From IMG/VR virus record IMGVR_UViG_3300020045_002559, positions 1-46,028 of that record: a stretch of 46,028 nt of DNA. One strand, written 5' to 3'. The notes beneath the pieces were generated by a model. That model was not told the origin of the DNA and searched no databases. It saw nothing but the letters and a program-made list of their open reading frames with translations. The position numbers were made by a program, and so were the translations under genes. Positions within the stretch are counted from its first letter, which is position 1; every line of letters begins with the position of its first letter. The stretch comes from a virus. Taxonomy: Duplodnaviria; Caudoviricetes. Positions 26,052 through 35,765 of the stretch are shown here, piece by piece.

Positions 26052-27515
26052 ATGGAAATAATTTTAAGACCATACCAAAATAACGGAATATCTCTTTTAA
26101 GGGATGAAATGAAAGCAGGAAATAAAAGACTTGTTTTAGTTGCGCCAACTGGAGCAGGAAAAACCATACTGTTTTCTTATATGACAAAATCGGCAGTTGA
26201 CAAAGGTAAGAGAGTATTGATATTGAGTGACCGTGACGAGTTGCTTAGTCAATCCGGTGGCGCATTGGAAAACTTTAATATGAAGCCTATTGAAATAAGC
26301 AGGGAAAATAAATTAAAATCTCTTAACGGTATTCTATATACCGGAATGATTGAAACTCTTGCTCGAAGATTGAAAACAGCAGAGTATCAGAATTTCTTAA
26401 ACAACCTTGATTTAATAGTGCTTGATGAGTGTCACAAACAGACGTTCAATAAGATTTTTCCTTTTATAAATTCAAATAAAACTACTGTAATTGGCGCAAC
26501 AGCTACGCCACACCGAGATAAGAACATGACCAGTATGGACGAATTTTATCAGTCAATGGTAGAGGTTTGCAAGGTTAGCGATTTGATTAATGATGGATTC
26601 CTTTGTAAGCCACTTTCTTATGGTGTTCCGGTTGACTTAAGTAACGTTAAGCAGAAAGCAGGTGATTATGATGGCACTGCTTTGGGTAACATGTATAATG
26701 AAACTAAGCTTTACGAGGGGGTTTATGATAATTACATGAAGTTAACGCCAAATAAAAAGGCGTTGATATTTGCTTCTAATATTGGAAGCTCATTAAAATT
26801 AGTTGAAGATTTCCAAAGTAAAGAATTACCAGCTAAACACCTCGATAGCAATATGAGTAATTCAGACCGTAAATCTATTTTACATTGGTTCGTAAATACC
26901 CCGAATGCAATACTTAGTAACGTTGGTATATTAAACACCGGTTTTGATTGTCCGAGCATTGAAGTAATAATTTTATATAGGGCAACTAAATCTTTGCCAT
27001 TATTCCTTCAGATGGTTGGGAGGGGAAGCAGGACAACTGAAACTAAAAAAGAATTTTACATACTTGATTTTGGTAACAACATTAAAACTCACGGTTTTTG
27101 GCAGGAGGATAGGATTTGGAGCTTAAAGAAAAAACCAAAGAAAAAAACCGATGGAATGGCACCGGTTAAAGAATGCCCTATGTGTAACGCCTTAATGCCA
27201 ATTCAAAATAAAAGTTGTATTAGTTGTGATTATGTCTTTCCTGTAATAGTAGATAAGAAAGCTGCTATTTTTATTGAGCTTAAACAGTTGACTTATGCAA
27301 AGGTTCAAGAAATGGCGAAGGATGCAGACTTTGAAACATTGGAAAATATCCAGATAGCAAGAGGATATTCAAAGGGTTGGCTTTACCATCAATTGACAAC
27401 CGAGCAGGATTTAATTAAATATGCAGAGTTTAAGGGGTATAAAAAACAATGGGTTGAACATCAATTAAAAATGAGAGCAGATAAATTCGAAGAAACGGAG
27501 GCGATAAATGGATAG
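26052..27515 (+). CDS. SF2 DEAD/DEAH-box helicase with a C-terminal Zn finger
   Basis: APTGAGKT, DECH, TAT, QMVGRGSR and CPMC..CISC. Confidence 0.92.
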   Translation: MEIILRPYQNNGISLLRDEMKAGNKRLVLVAPTGAGKTILFSYMTKSAVDKGKRVLILSDRDELLSQSGGALENFNMKPIEISRENKLKSLNGILYTGMIETLARRLKTAEYQNFLNNLDLIVLDECHKQTFNKIFPFINSNKTTVIGATATPHRDKNMTSMDEFYQSMVEVCKVSDLINDGFLCKPLSYGVPVDLSNVKQKAGDYDGTALGNMYNETKLYEGVYDNYMKLTPNKKALIFASNIGSSLKLVEDFQSKELPAKHLDSNMSNSDRKSILHWFVNTPNAILSNVGILNTGFDCPSIEVIILYRATKSLPLFLQMVGRGSRTTETKKEFYILDFGNNIKTHGFWQEDRIWSLKKKPKKKTDGMAPVKECPMCNALMPIQNKSCISCDYVFPVIVDKKAAIFIELKQLTYAKVQEMAKDADFETLENIQIARGYSKGWLYHQLTTEQDLIKYAEFKGYKKQWVEHQLKMRADKFEETEAING

Positions 27516-27858
27516 TGAGGAAAAAATACAGTCAGAGTTTTATATCTGGTTTCATAATACTTATCCAGAATATAGGGGTTTGTTATGTTATAACCTAAAT
27601 AACAGCCGGAACAAAATAGATGGTGCAAGAAACAGGGCTTTAGGGTTGCAGCCAGGTAGAAGCGATATGACTTTTTACTGGAATGGCACAGCTCACTTTC
27701 TTGAGCTTAAAAATGAGATTGGCGTTCAATCAACCGGACAAAAAGAATGGGAGGCTTTAATAGTTAAGCACGGCTTTAAATATGGTATTTTTAAAACAGT
27801 TGATAGCCTTAAAACATACATTGTAAACTTGATAGGAAACAAGCCATCCACAACCTAA
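27508..27858 (+). CDS. VRR-NUC nuclease
   Basis: EEKIQ, GLQPGRSD, FLELK and QSTGQKEW motifs. Confidence 0.85.
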   Translation: MDSEEKIQSEFYIWFHNTYPEYRGLLCYNLNNSRNKIDGARNRALGLQPGRSDMTFYWNGTAHFLELKNEIGVQSTGQKEWEALIVKHGFKYGIFKTVDSLKTYIVNLIGNKPSTT

Positions 27859-27884
27859 GGAATGTAAATAAGTAGATTAAAGAT

Positions 27885-28112
27885 ATGGATTATAACGGCA
27901 AGGAAATGAGAAAACAACTCATAACGTATAGAAAGATAGAAAATAACTTATCTATGCAGGAAGTAGCTAATTTAATAGGAATATCAAAAGCAACATATTC
28001 AAGATTGGAAAATGGTAATGTGCCAGATGTAGTTACTTACGCAAAAGTTATATGGTTCTTGCATTCTGAACGGTTACGCTACTTTGGTAACAACAATGTT
28101 GCGAAATGTTAA
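27885..28112 (+). CDS. XRE-family HTH regulator
   Basis: LSMQEVANLIGISKATYSRLENG..PD; TAGATTAA-N4-ATG upstream. Confidence 0.85.
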   Translation: MDYNGKEMRKQLITYRKIENNLSMQEVANLIGISKATYSRLENGNVPDVVTYAKVIWFLHSERLRYFGNNNVAKC

Positions 28113-28132
28113 ATCGTAAATGCGTAGATTAG
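28087..28132 (+). promoter_or_regulatory. Operator-promoter unit 5 (GTAAC-N6-GTTGC-N22-TAGATTAG)
   Basis: Motif and spacing; overlaps the 3' end of the XRE gene. Confidence 0.65.
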
Positions 28133-28139
28133 GGATGTT

Positions 28140-28469
28140 ATGGAGAAAATTAATAAAACAAGGCTGACTAAAAAATATGTCATCAATTGGATTAACCAAG
28201 AGTTTAAACGGTTGGAGATTAAAGGTTTTGTTGCTACAGAAATGTATAATAATAACTTCAGGCAAAATGACCTTGAAAATGGCGCTTCTTATTATTCAAT
28301 AAGTTTAGAGTATGAAGGCGTGTATAGCGGTGTTATGCATTTTCTTTGGCAGATGAAATATGTAGAGCATTATTTAAACAATGGATATAAGTTAAAAATT
28401 GAATTTAAAAGGATAGCCAATTCGTTTGTTGTCCCTGATAGTGAAATAATATATACTAAAGTAAACTAA
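28140..28469 (+). CDS. Hypothetical protein
   Basis: 109-aa ORF downstream of unit 5. Confidence 0.6.
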   Translation: MEKINKTRLTKKYVINWINQEFKRLEIKGFVATEMYNNNFRQNDLENGASYYSISLEYEGVYSGVMHFLWQMKYVEHYLNNGYKLKIEFKRIANSFVVPDSEIIYTKVN

Positions 28470-28473
28470 CAAA

Positions 28474-28833
28474 ATGAACGAAATAGAACAACTGGCAGAG
28501 AGATTATATCCAATGCCAAAATATAATGCAACAAGATTGGATTTGCAATATGTTTCTGGACTTCAGCAAGGCTTTGTAAAGGGCTACCAAACAGCAAATG
28601 AAGATAATTGGATTGGTGTTGACGAAAGACTTCCAATAGCTACCGAAAGTGGTAGTTGGGATGGCTTAAGGAGTGATTTGGTTTTGTGCGTAAACAGGTC
28701 AGGAGATTATGTGATAGCAAGGCTTTACACAGTTTTTATGGATGGGCATAATTTCGCTGATTGGTGTGATAGCAATGACTTTCTACTAGATACAAAGGCT
28801 GAACAGATAATTAAATGGAAACCGATAGATTAA
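28474..28833 (+). CDS. DUF551-like protein
   Basis: WIGVDERLP...IIKWKPI. Confidence 0.65.
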   Translation: MNEIEQLAERLYPMPKYNATRLDLQYVSGLQQGFVKGYQTANEDNWIGVDERLPIATESGSWDGLRSDLVLCVNRSGDYVIARLYTVFMDGHNFADWCDSNDFLLDTKAEQIIKWKPID

Positions 28834-28835
28834 TT

Positions 28836-28994
28836 ATGATTACAGTACACGACCTAAGGACAGAGTTTTTACAAGAAACATATATTGCGCCAGTATTCGC
28901 AAATCTGGAACCATATATGAGCTATATAAAATGGCTAGAGAAAAAAATAATTGAACAAGAAAGCTTAACTAAACAAAATGATACAAGCAAGTGA
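28836..28994 (+). CDS. 52-aa hypothetical protein
   Basis: MITVHDLRTEFLQET...YIKWLEKK; fills the gap. Confidence 0.55.
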   Translation: MITVHDLRTEFLQETYIAPVFANLEPYMSYIKWLEKKIIEQESLTKQNDTSK

Positions 28995-29370
28995 ATTAAG
29001 GATTGGTAATTATCTTTACCAAAAGCATCTTAAAAAAATAGACAAAGTTTTAGAAATAAGAAGCCATTATTTATTGACCACTTGTGAAGTTTCTGAAAAC
29101 AATTGGATAGGTGTAAGTTTATATGAACCAATAGCTCTATCTGATGAAATTTTATTAATGTGCGGGTTTGCATATAGCAAGCCATTTCCAAATGTAAGAG
29201 GTATTTTGTTTAATGATAACTTTGAGGTAGGTTTAGATGGTCAAGATTTTATGTTAAACCAAATGTCTATAAGGATTGACAAGGTTTTAATAATAAAAGT
29301 TAAATATCTGCATCAGTTGCAAAATATATGGTTTGTACATAAAGGCAAGGAGCTAAATGTTGAATTATGA
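28978..29370 (+). CDS. Conserved Bacteroidota phage hypothetical protein
   Basis: ASELRIGN...EPIALSDEILLMCGF...KYLHQLQN. Confidence 0.7.
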   Translation: MIQASELRIGNYLYQKHLKKIDKVLEIRSHYLLTTCEVSENNWIGVSLYEPIALSDEILLMCGFAYSKPFPNVRGILFNDNFEVGLDGQDFMLNQMSIRIDKVLIIKVKYLHQLQNIWFVHKGKELNVEL

Positions 29371-29642
29371 GTGAAAGAGAACCAAAACACAAGACTATTA
29401 TAGTTTGCAGCGATATTTCCGTATTTAAAAACGTGATAAGGATTGACCTTGACGATAACATTTGTGATAGAAGGATTGAAGAAAGGTTTATCAGGGTTTC
29501 AAGTTCTTTTGATATTGAAAGATTAAGAGGTGCTAAATTTGAAAAAGCTTATATAGTCAAGCAATATCCAGTTCCATATTGGATTAATGAGTTCAAGGAA
29601 TACTGTCATTATCGAAACATTACAATAGGCTACATTCAGTAA
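29367..29642 (+). CDS. Hypothetical protein
   Basis: ATGA overlap with the upstream gene. Confidence 0.55.
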   Translation: MSEREPKHKTIIVCSDISVFKNVIRIDLDDNICDRRIEERFIRVSSSFDIERLRGAKFEKAYIVKQYPVPYWINEFKEYCHYRNITIGYIQ

Positions 29643-29673
29643 TTTGCATTTGTAAAAAGAAATGGTAACTTTG
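29643..29673 (+). promoter_or_regulatory. Canonical Bacteroidota primary-sigma promoter for the packaging genes
   Basis: TTTG-N19-TAACTTTG. Confidence 0.7.
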
Positions 29674-29702
29674 GGTAACAAAGCACTTTACTTTTCTTTA
29701 CT

Positions 29703-30155
29703 ATGAAAGACCAGCATATTCGATTTGCAGATAAGTATTTTGAAACTCTAAATGCCACTAAGTCAGCTATTTACGCAGGATTTAGCGAAGATACAGCAAA
29801 ACAACAGGGATGGCAATTATTGCAACGTGATGATGTTAGTGAATATCTGGCAAAGATGCGTGAGGAATATGCAGAAAATGCAGGGGTTTCAAAGCAATGG
29901 GTAATTGATAGGATGAAGTTCGTTTCCGATGCCTGTGTTCAGGCTATACCAGTTATGGAATTTGACCCAGAACTAAAGATGATGGTTCAAAAACGTGATG
30001 GTGATGGTAATGAAGTTTATGAATTTGATAGCTCTGGAGTTATTAACTCAACTCGTGAGGTTGGTAAATTGATAGGTGCATACGATGTTGATAACTCACA
30101 AAAGAGAACGAACATTAATCTAATGACAAACGACCCTCTTTCAGATGGAGAATAA
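29703..30155 (+). CDS. terS: Terminase small subunit
   Basis: FADKY...NATKSAIYAGFSEDTAKQQGWQLL. Confidence 0.9.
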   Translation: MKDQHIRFADKYFETLNATKSAIYAGFSEDTAKQQGWQLLQRDDVSEYLAKMREEYAENAGVSKQWVIDRMKFVSDACVQAIPVMEFDPELKMMVQKRDGDGNEVYEFDSSGVINSTREVGKLIGAYDVDNSQKRTNINLMTNDPLSDGE

Positions 30156-31439
30156 ATGCAGGCTACAACAGCATTACGAAAAATATCTGCCCTAAAGAAA
30201 CGTATATGGGCAATACAGGGAGGTCAGGGAGCTGGGAAGACCTATGCCATTCTTCAGATACTATGCAACCACGCATCAAGCAAGCCAAACAAGGAAATTT
30301 TCATAGCCTCTGAAGAGTTATCCAAAATGAGGATAACCGTAATAAAGGATTTCGTTAACATAATGAACTCATTCGGGATATTTGACCGGAACAGATGGGT
30401 TGATGGAACTCTTTACCGTTTTCCTAATGGTAGCTTTATTAAGTTCATTGGGCTTGATAAGGTCGATATAGGTAAAGGATTGCGTTGCGACATTATGTTC
30501 GTTAACGAAGCCAACAAATCTAAGTTTGATACATACAGGGAATTAACATCAAGGGCAAAGCGTGTCATATTCGACTTCAACCCCAACAAGCGTTTTTGGG
30601 CACACTCGGAGGTAATTACCCGTGATGATTGCGATTTCCTTAAGCTAACGTTTGAGGATAACGAATTTTTATCAGAGCAGGAACGTTACGAGATTTTACT
30701 TTACAAGAAAAAAGGATATAAGTCTGATGAACTTGGCAACTATGCAGTTAATGAAAAAGGCGAGCTAATCGAGATTAACCCATATTGGGCTAATATGTGG
30801 CGTGTGTATGGACAGGGCGAGGTCGGTCAGGTTGAGGGCAGGATTTACCGTTTCAATCCTTGCTCATTGGAATTTTATTTATCGTTAAAGGTTCAAGAGT
30901 GGTTTGCTAGTGATTGGGGCAAGGTAGACCCTTGGGCAATAGTCGGGTTAAAGTACCACGATGGAAATCTATACGTTAGGGAGCTTAATTACGCAAGTGA
31001 AAACGAGATTGAGCGTAATATGTCACCGCAGCAACTACAGGCTATTAGAGGGGCTGAAAGTGGCGATGGAGAGGATAGGCAGGACGGTCTTGTTGCTTGG
31101 ATGTTCGCAAAGCTTAATATCCCATACGATGCAGTTATTGTTTGCGATAACAACAGACCCAATAAGATACGTTCGCTTCGTCGAGCTGGATGGGAGTATG
31201 CGGTTGCAGTTGGCGGCAAGATGGACTTAATAAATCGAATAGGCGTACTTAGTGGATTGAATATTTATTACACCTCCGATAGCAAGAATATTGAGTTTGA
31301 GCAAGAGGAATACTGCTATGCAAAGGACACGAATGGCGTAATGTTGGAAAAACCAGTTGACCAGGATAACCATTGTTTGGACGGAATTACCTATGGTACG
31401 CAATGGGGATTTAACGAAGGCATAATAAAAAATATTTGA
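30156..31439 (+). CDS. terL: Terminase large subunit, PBSX-like
   Basis: QGGQGAGKT, FVNEAN, DFNP, DWGKVDP and DNHCLDGITY. Confidence 0.92.
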   Translation: MQATTALRKISALKKRIWAIQGGQGAGKTYAILQILCNHASSKPNKEIFIASEELSKMRITVIKDFVNIMNSFGIFDRNRWVDGTLYRFPNGSFIKFIGLDKVDIGKGLRCDIMFVNEANKSKFDTYRELTSRAKRVIFDFNPNKRFWAHSEVITRDDCDFLKLTFEDNEFLSEQERYEILLYKKKGYKSDELGNYAVNEKGELIEINPYWANMWRVYGQGEVGQVEGRIYRFNPCSLEFYLSLKVQEWFASDWGKVDPWAIVGLKYHDGNLYVRELNYASENEIERNMSPQQLQAIRGAESGDGEDRQDGLVAWMFAKLNIPYDAVIVCDNNRPNKIRSLRRAGWEYAVAVGGKMDLINRIGVLSGLNIYYTSDSKNIEFEQEEYCYAKDTNGVMLEKPVDQDNHCLDGITYGTQWGFNEGIIKNI

Positions 31440-31478
31440 TATTGTTATTTAATTTGTATTTTAGCAAAAATATGTTAG

Positions 31479-32744
31479 ATGTTCGGACTAGGTAACGGTT
31501 TGTTTAGTAGTTGGTGGGGTAATGGTAGAAACCAGTACAATCACTTCTCTAAATTTTGGGACACCACCCCAATGTTCAATGATTATGCAAAGGATGTTGA
31601 AAAGCTACAGATGGTTTTTTCAAATCCTGCAATGCTAAAGGTGGTATCTTTGATGTGCGACCTTTTCAGTCTTGGTGAGATTTACGTTTATAAAGACGGT
31701 AAATCTGTAGACAAACACCAATTCCTTAACTTTATCAACAACCCTAACCCTAGGCAGTCTAAGCAGCAATACCTTTGGGACTTCTGTTTCTGGAATATGA
31801 TAGGTAACGATTATTGTTATCTTGACACGTTGGACTTAAACAAGTTATCTGGTGTTAAGTCTTATTTCCTTGAGCCTTCAAAGATTGAATGGCCATTGGT
31901 TTTTGAGGACTTAAAGGATAAATTGTTTCTAAGCAAGTCTTCAGAGGAACAGTTACAGTCAACGATGTTAACATATCGCTATTCAAGTAAGGGCAACACA
32001 TTTGTTTTTCCATTCAAGAAGCTGCTTCACATACCAGATTTGACCAATGGAACAGGTAACTGGTTCAAGGGGAGTAGCAGGATTGATGCGCTTTACAAGG
32101 TTTTATCGAACTCGGAAGAGGCAATGGACAGCAAGAACATTAACCTTCGATTTTCTGCAAAATATATGGTTAGTGGTAAATCTGACTTAATGGACACAAC
32201 TAAAGTTCCATTAACTAATGAGGAAAAACTAGACATTGAGACTAAGGCAAAAAATAAAGAGCCTGTTACCGCATTAAAATCTTTGGCAGACATTAAGCGT
32301 TTTGTTGAGAACATAGCTAACCTAAAGCTAGATGATAGCTATTTGAGCGATTACTTTACAATTGGCACTACATACGGAATACCAAAGGATGTACTGGAGG
32401 CTTTTAACTCTGGCACTTATGAGAATCAGGAAAAGGCAAGGGGCGCATTGGTATCTTATTGCTTGCAACCTAGAGGCAATAGCTTTATGCGTGGTCTAAT
32501 GAAGATGTTTGGTGTTGACGACGTAACTTTCGTAATTGACTGGGAGCATTTGCCTTTTATGCAGGTTTTCGCAAAGGAAAGGGCAGAGACCGCAAAGGTA
32601 ATGGCAGAGACTTTATTACTTTTAATGAAGGCAGGTATTAAAAAAGAAGAAATAAACACTATCTTAGACACTAATTTTACAGAACTTGATTATGAGCCAG
32701 CAAAAAGAGCAACAACAACAAGTGGACAAGCTCAAGCAAATTAA
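31479..32744 (+). CDS. Portal protein
   Basis: Follows terL; NNPNPRQS, GNDY, GSSRI, YGIPKDVL and TYENQE motifs. Confidence 0.85.
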   Translation: MFGLGNGLFSSWWGNGRNQYNHFSKFWDTTPMFNDYAKDVEKLQMVFSNPAMLKVVSLMCDLFSLGEIYVYKDGKSVDKHQFLNFINNPNPRQSKQQYLWDFCFWNMIGNDYCYLDTLDLNKLSGVKSYFLEPSKIEWPLVFEDLKDKLFLSKSSEEQLQSTMLTYRYSSKGNTFVFPFKKLLHIPDLTNGTGNWFKGSSRIDALYKVLSNSEEAMDSKNINLRFSAKYMVSGKSDLMDTTKVPLTNEEKLDIETKAKNKEPVTALKSLADIKRFVENIANLKLDDSYLSDYFTIGTTYGIPKDVLEAFNSGTYENQEKARGALVSYCLQPRGNSFMRGLMKMFGVDDVTFVIDWEHLPFMQVFAKERAETAKVMAETLLLLMKAGIKKEEINTILDTNFTELDYEPAKRATTTSGQAQAN

Positions 32745-32823
32745 GGAGAAATCCAAAAATGAGAGCTTAAATAAGTCGATAGAAGAAAAATTGAACAACC
32801 TAAATAAACCGATTAACAAATGA
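32692..32823 (+). CDS. 43-aa basic helical peptide (MSQQKEQQQQVDKLKQIKEKSKNESLNKSIEEKLNNLNKPINK)
   Basis: Overlaps the portal end and is ATGA-coupled to the protease. Confidence 0.5.
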   Translation: MSQQKEQQQQVDKLKQIKEKSKNESLNKSIEEKLNNLNKPINK

Positions 32824-33662
32824 TATTTTGCAAGGAACTAAATAAAGGCTTTGAAAACAGAACAGAAATGTTCAAGGCTATTATTGCTAATAAAGCCAAT
32901 ATTTCAGCCTTAAAGAAATCAGCAGTTAAGTTTACCGATGGGCTTTGTCACGTCATTAATGAGGGAGAGGTTGCTTCTGGTGTAGTAAAGTCAAATGACT
33001 ATGTAGAAGGCAATATGACCGAGATTAAGGTGCGTGTTGTAATGAACACAACTAACGTTTATGACAGCCACGGTGATGTTCATATTGATGGTTTATGGAA
33101 GCGTACACTTCAGCACTCTGACACAAAACTGCACCTTCAGGAGCATAAAAGGGATTTTGACAAGGTTATCAGTTCAACAGCTAAGGCATTCGTTAGAAAG
33201 ATGGATTTATCGAAGCTTAGCGAAAGCCTAGAGGGTTCTACTCAGGCACTTATTTTTGATAGCGTTGTAACAATGTCAAGAAATCCACTTATGTTTGAGC
33301 AATATAAGAACGGATGGGTCAACAATCATTCTGTTGGTATGCAGTACGTAGATTTTGTTGTATGTATCAATTCTGAAGAGAAGTGGGCAGAGGAATACAA
33401 AAAGAACTTTGACAAATACTATCCACTGATAGCAAACAAGGAAGATGTAGACGAAAATGGTTATTTTTGGGCTATATTAGAGGCTAAGTTACTTGAGGGT
33501 TCTGCTGTTTTATTCGGTAGCAACTGGGTAACACCAACACTAGAAAACAATATGAAGTCCGATAACTCACCTTCATTTGAAAATAACGAACCGCCACAGG
33601 GCACTCAAAGCAAAGAAAGGCAAAAAGCCTTAAACGAATTATTAAAAACATTTAAAAACTAG
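32820..33662 (+). CDS. Prohead maturation protease, HK97-like
   Basis: DSHGDV, LQEH, HSVGMQY and LLEGSAVLFGSN. Confidence 0.8.
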   Translation: MIFCKELNKGFENRTEMFKAIIANKANISALKKSAVKFTDGLCHVINEGEVASGVVKSNDYVEGNMTEIKVRVVMNTTNVYDSHGDVHIDGLWKRTLQHSDTKLHLQEHKRDFDKVISSTAKAFVRKMDLSKLSESLEGSTQALIFDSVVTMSRNPLMFEQYKNGWVNNHSVGMQYVDFVVCINSEEKWAEEYKKNFDKYYPLIANKEDVDENGYFWAILEAKLLEGSAVLFGSNWVTPTLENNMKSDNSPSFENNEPPQGTQSKERQKALNELLKTFKN

Positions 33663-33665
33663 AAA

Positions 33666-35123
33666 ATGAAAAAATCATTTATCCCAAGAATGGGTGCAGG
33701 TTCAGCTTCAGGTTCTCGCTTTTTTCGTGCTCAACTAACTTCTAAGTCAGAGGGTGGTGCAAGTGGAACGGAAGAAAAAGAAGATTTAACAGAAGCAGAA
33801 GCAATCAAGAAAATTGGCGAACAGGTTGTTCAGTTCAAGGAAATGCTTGGCGAAAAAGCCGATGCAGAAAAATTCACTAAGTTAGAGGAGGAAATTAAAA
33901 ACCTATCTGACAACATCAATGAAATGAAGGCTGCTGATATCAGCAAGGCTATTGATGCAATCAACAAGTCTAACAGCGAAATTCACAAGCAAATTGTTGA
34001 AATGCAGGAAGAACTTGCAGAGAAACGTGAGCAAACCTCTGGCAAATCAAATGGCAGAACCGAATTAGTTGCAGCAAAAGACATTGAGGATTTTGTTGGT
34101 GCTACTTTTGAAGGAGAGAGCAAAACACATAAAGCTGCCAAGATTGAAATCAAGGCTGCTGAAACGTTCGGCATCCCTCAAACTTTTGTTGGCGGTGAAG
34201 CTGGTACTGACATTTCGGCTTTTACAGGTCGTTTAGTTGTTCCGGAACTTAACCAGAGAAAACGTAAACGTAACCTTATCCTAGATAACTTCGATATCCG
34301 TACAATCAATGTACCTAGATTGGTTTATTTAGAAAAGGTAGAAGTTGGCGATACCAACCCTACTTCTGGAGACCCAGGAGGTGCAGCGTGGATTTTAAGC
34401 GGACAGGCTAAGCCTAAACGTTCATTCCGTGTTACAACTGGTGAGGTTATCTCTAAAAAAGTTGCTATTTTTGGTACTATTGAAGATAAGTTACTACGTG
34501 ATGTTCCTTCTTTCCAGAACTGGATTAGAGAAGATTTTATGGATGAAATCCGTGAGACAATCAATGATGGATTATTGAATAATGACCCAGACATTAACGC
34601 ATTGGCTCCGTTGGGATTGAAAACAAATGCAGTTCAGTACACCGTTACACCAGCGTTTACTTTAAATGTTGAATTGGCTAACTATATTGATGCAATCATT
34701 GCTGCTATAGCTTCAATGGCTAACTCAAAAGAAGAGCCAGGAATGGTATTTGTTTCTGATGACGTTTTCTATCGTATACATAACTTAAAGGCTACAGATG
34801 GTAAATGGTTAAATAACAACCTTATCTATGTGAATGCTTTAGGTCAATTGTTCATTGCTGGTGTTCAGGTTATCCCTGCTGACATTGAAGATGTGCCATC
34901 AACCCACTTCTTATTGGTAGCCCGTGATTTAGGCTTTAAAATCTATGCCTATGGCAATATGGTTTTTGAAAGAGGCTTAAATGGTGAAGATTTCAGGGAA
35001 GATAAAACTTCATTCCGTGCTTACCAAGAGTTCTTGTCTTACATTGCTTCAAACCGTGAAAACTCGGTTATGTATGACACATTTGTTAACGTATTTGCAG
35101 CGATTACTTCGCCAGTAGTATAA
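33666..35123 (+). CDS. Major capsid protein (HK97 fold) with an N-terminal coiled-coil scaffolding domain
   Basis: Position after the protease; coiled-coil N-terminus; GQAKP, KKVA, LKATDGKWL and EDFREDKTSFRA. Confidence 0.88.
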   Translation: MKKSFIPRMGAGSASGSRFFRAQLTSKSEGGASGTEEKEDLTEAEAIKKIGEQVVQFKEMLGEKADAEKFTKLEEEIKNLSDNINEMKAADISKAIDAINKSNSEIHKQIVEMQEELAEKREQTSGKSNGRTELVAAKDIEDFVGATFEGESKTHKAAKIEIKAAETFGIPQTFVGGEAGTDISAFTGRLVVPELNQRKRKRNLILDNFDIRTINVPRLVYLEKVEVGDTNPTSGDPGGAAWILSGQAKPKRSFRVTTGEVISKKVAIFGTIEDKLLRDVPSFQNWIREDFMDEIRETINDGLLNNDPDINALAPLGLKTNAVQYTVTPAFTLNVELANYIDAIIAAIASMANSKEEPGMVFVSDDVFYRIHNLKATDGKWLNNNLIYVNALGQLFIAGVQVIPADIEDVPSTHFLLVARDLGFKIYAYGNMVFERGLNGEDFREDKTSFRAYQEFLSYIASNRENSVMYDTFVNVFAAITSPVV

Positions 35124-35129
35124 TAGAAA

Positions 35130-35357
35130 ATGGGACGTAAATTAGATAACGTAAGAATTGTGACCTTCAAGGAAGATTACAATCCGTCTGGCAAAATGGT
35201 TCTTTATAGAAAAGGTGAAACTCACGCAATCCATAAAGATATTTTGGCATTGTTTGCAGAGAAGGTAAAAGCTGATGTTAAGGAGTTCGACGAAAAGAAG
35301 GAAAAACTGAAAGCTAAGGAAGATTTCGAAAAAGCTAAAAAAGAGGAGGCTAAATAA
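35130..35357 (+). CDS. Small head-associated protein
   Basis: Directly after the capsid gene; highly charged. Confidence 0.55.
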   Translation: MGRKLDNVRIVTFKEDYNPSGKMVLYRKGETHAIHKDILALFAEKVKADVKEFDEKKEKLKAKEDFEKAKKEEAK

Positions 35358-35758
35358 TGAAGCGTTTAACACTTATATTAGCATTGGTTGTCGGTATGAC
35401 AGCCTTTGCAAAAGCCCAGGATTATCAGGGGCAGATCGGGACGGTTAACAAGGTCATGGCTAACGCTGCTGCCGATACGGTTAACGTAACAATACCAAAG
35501 TCAAGGAGCGCAATTACTTTCCATTACCAAATCACAAAGAATAGTGGTACGGTAGCAGGAACGATTGTACTTCAAAGTAAATTAACGGGATTGGCTGGCG
35601 AGGTTTGGCATACATTGAACAGTTACACGTTAACTGATGCAACTGCTGGAAATTGGTTAAACTTCACTAGCAATCAGGGTTACTATTACCGTGTCATAAC
35701 GACAACCACAGGCACGCAGAACAGTACCCATAACAAGTATTTACTTTATAGACAATAA
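35357..35758 (+). CDS. Signal-peptide-bearing beta-sandwich protein in the head module (candidate decoration protein)
   Basis: MKRLTLILALVVGMTAFAKA|Q; TAATG-coupled to the upstream gene. Confidence 0.65.
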   Translation: MKRLTLILALVVGMTAFAKAQDYQGQIGTVNKVMANAAADTVNVTIPKSRSAITFHYQITKNSGTVAGTIVLQSKLTGLAGEVWHTLNSYTLTDATAGNWLNFTSNQGYYYRVITTTTGTQNSTHNKYLLYRQ

Positions 35759-35765
35759 ATAGAAG

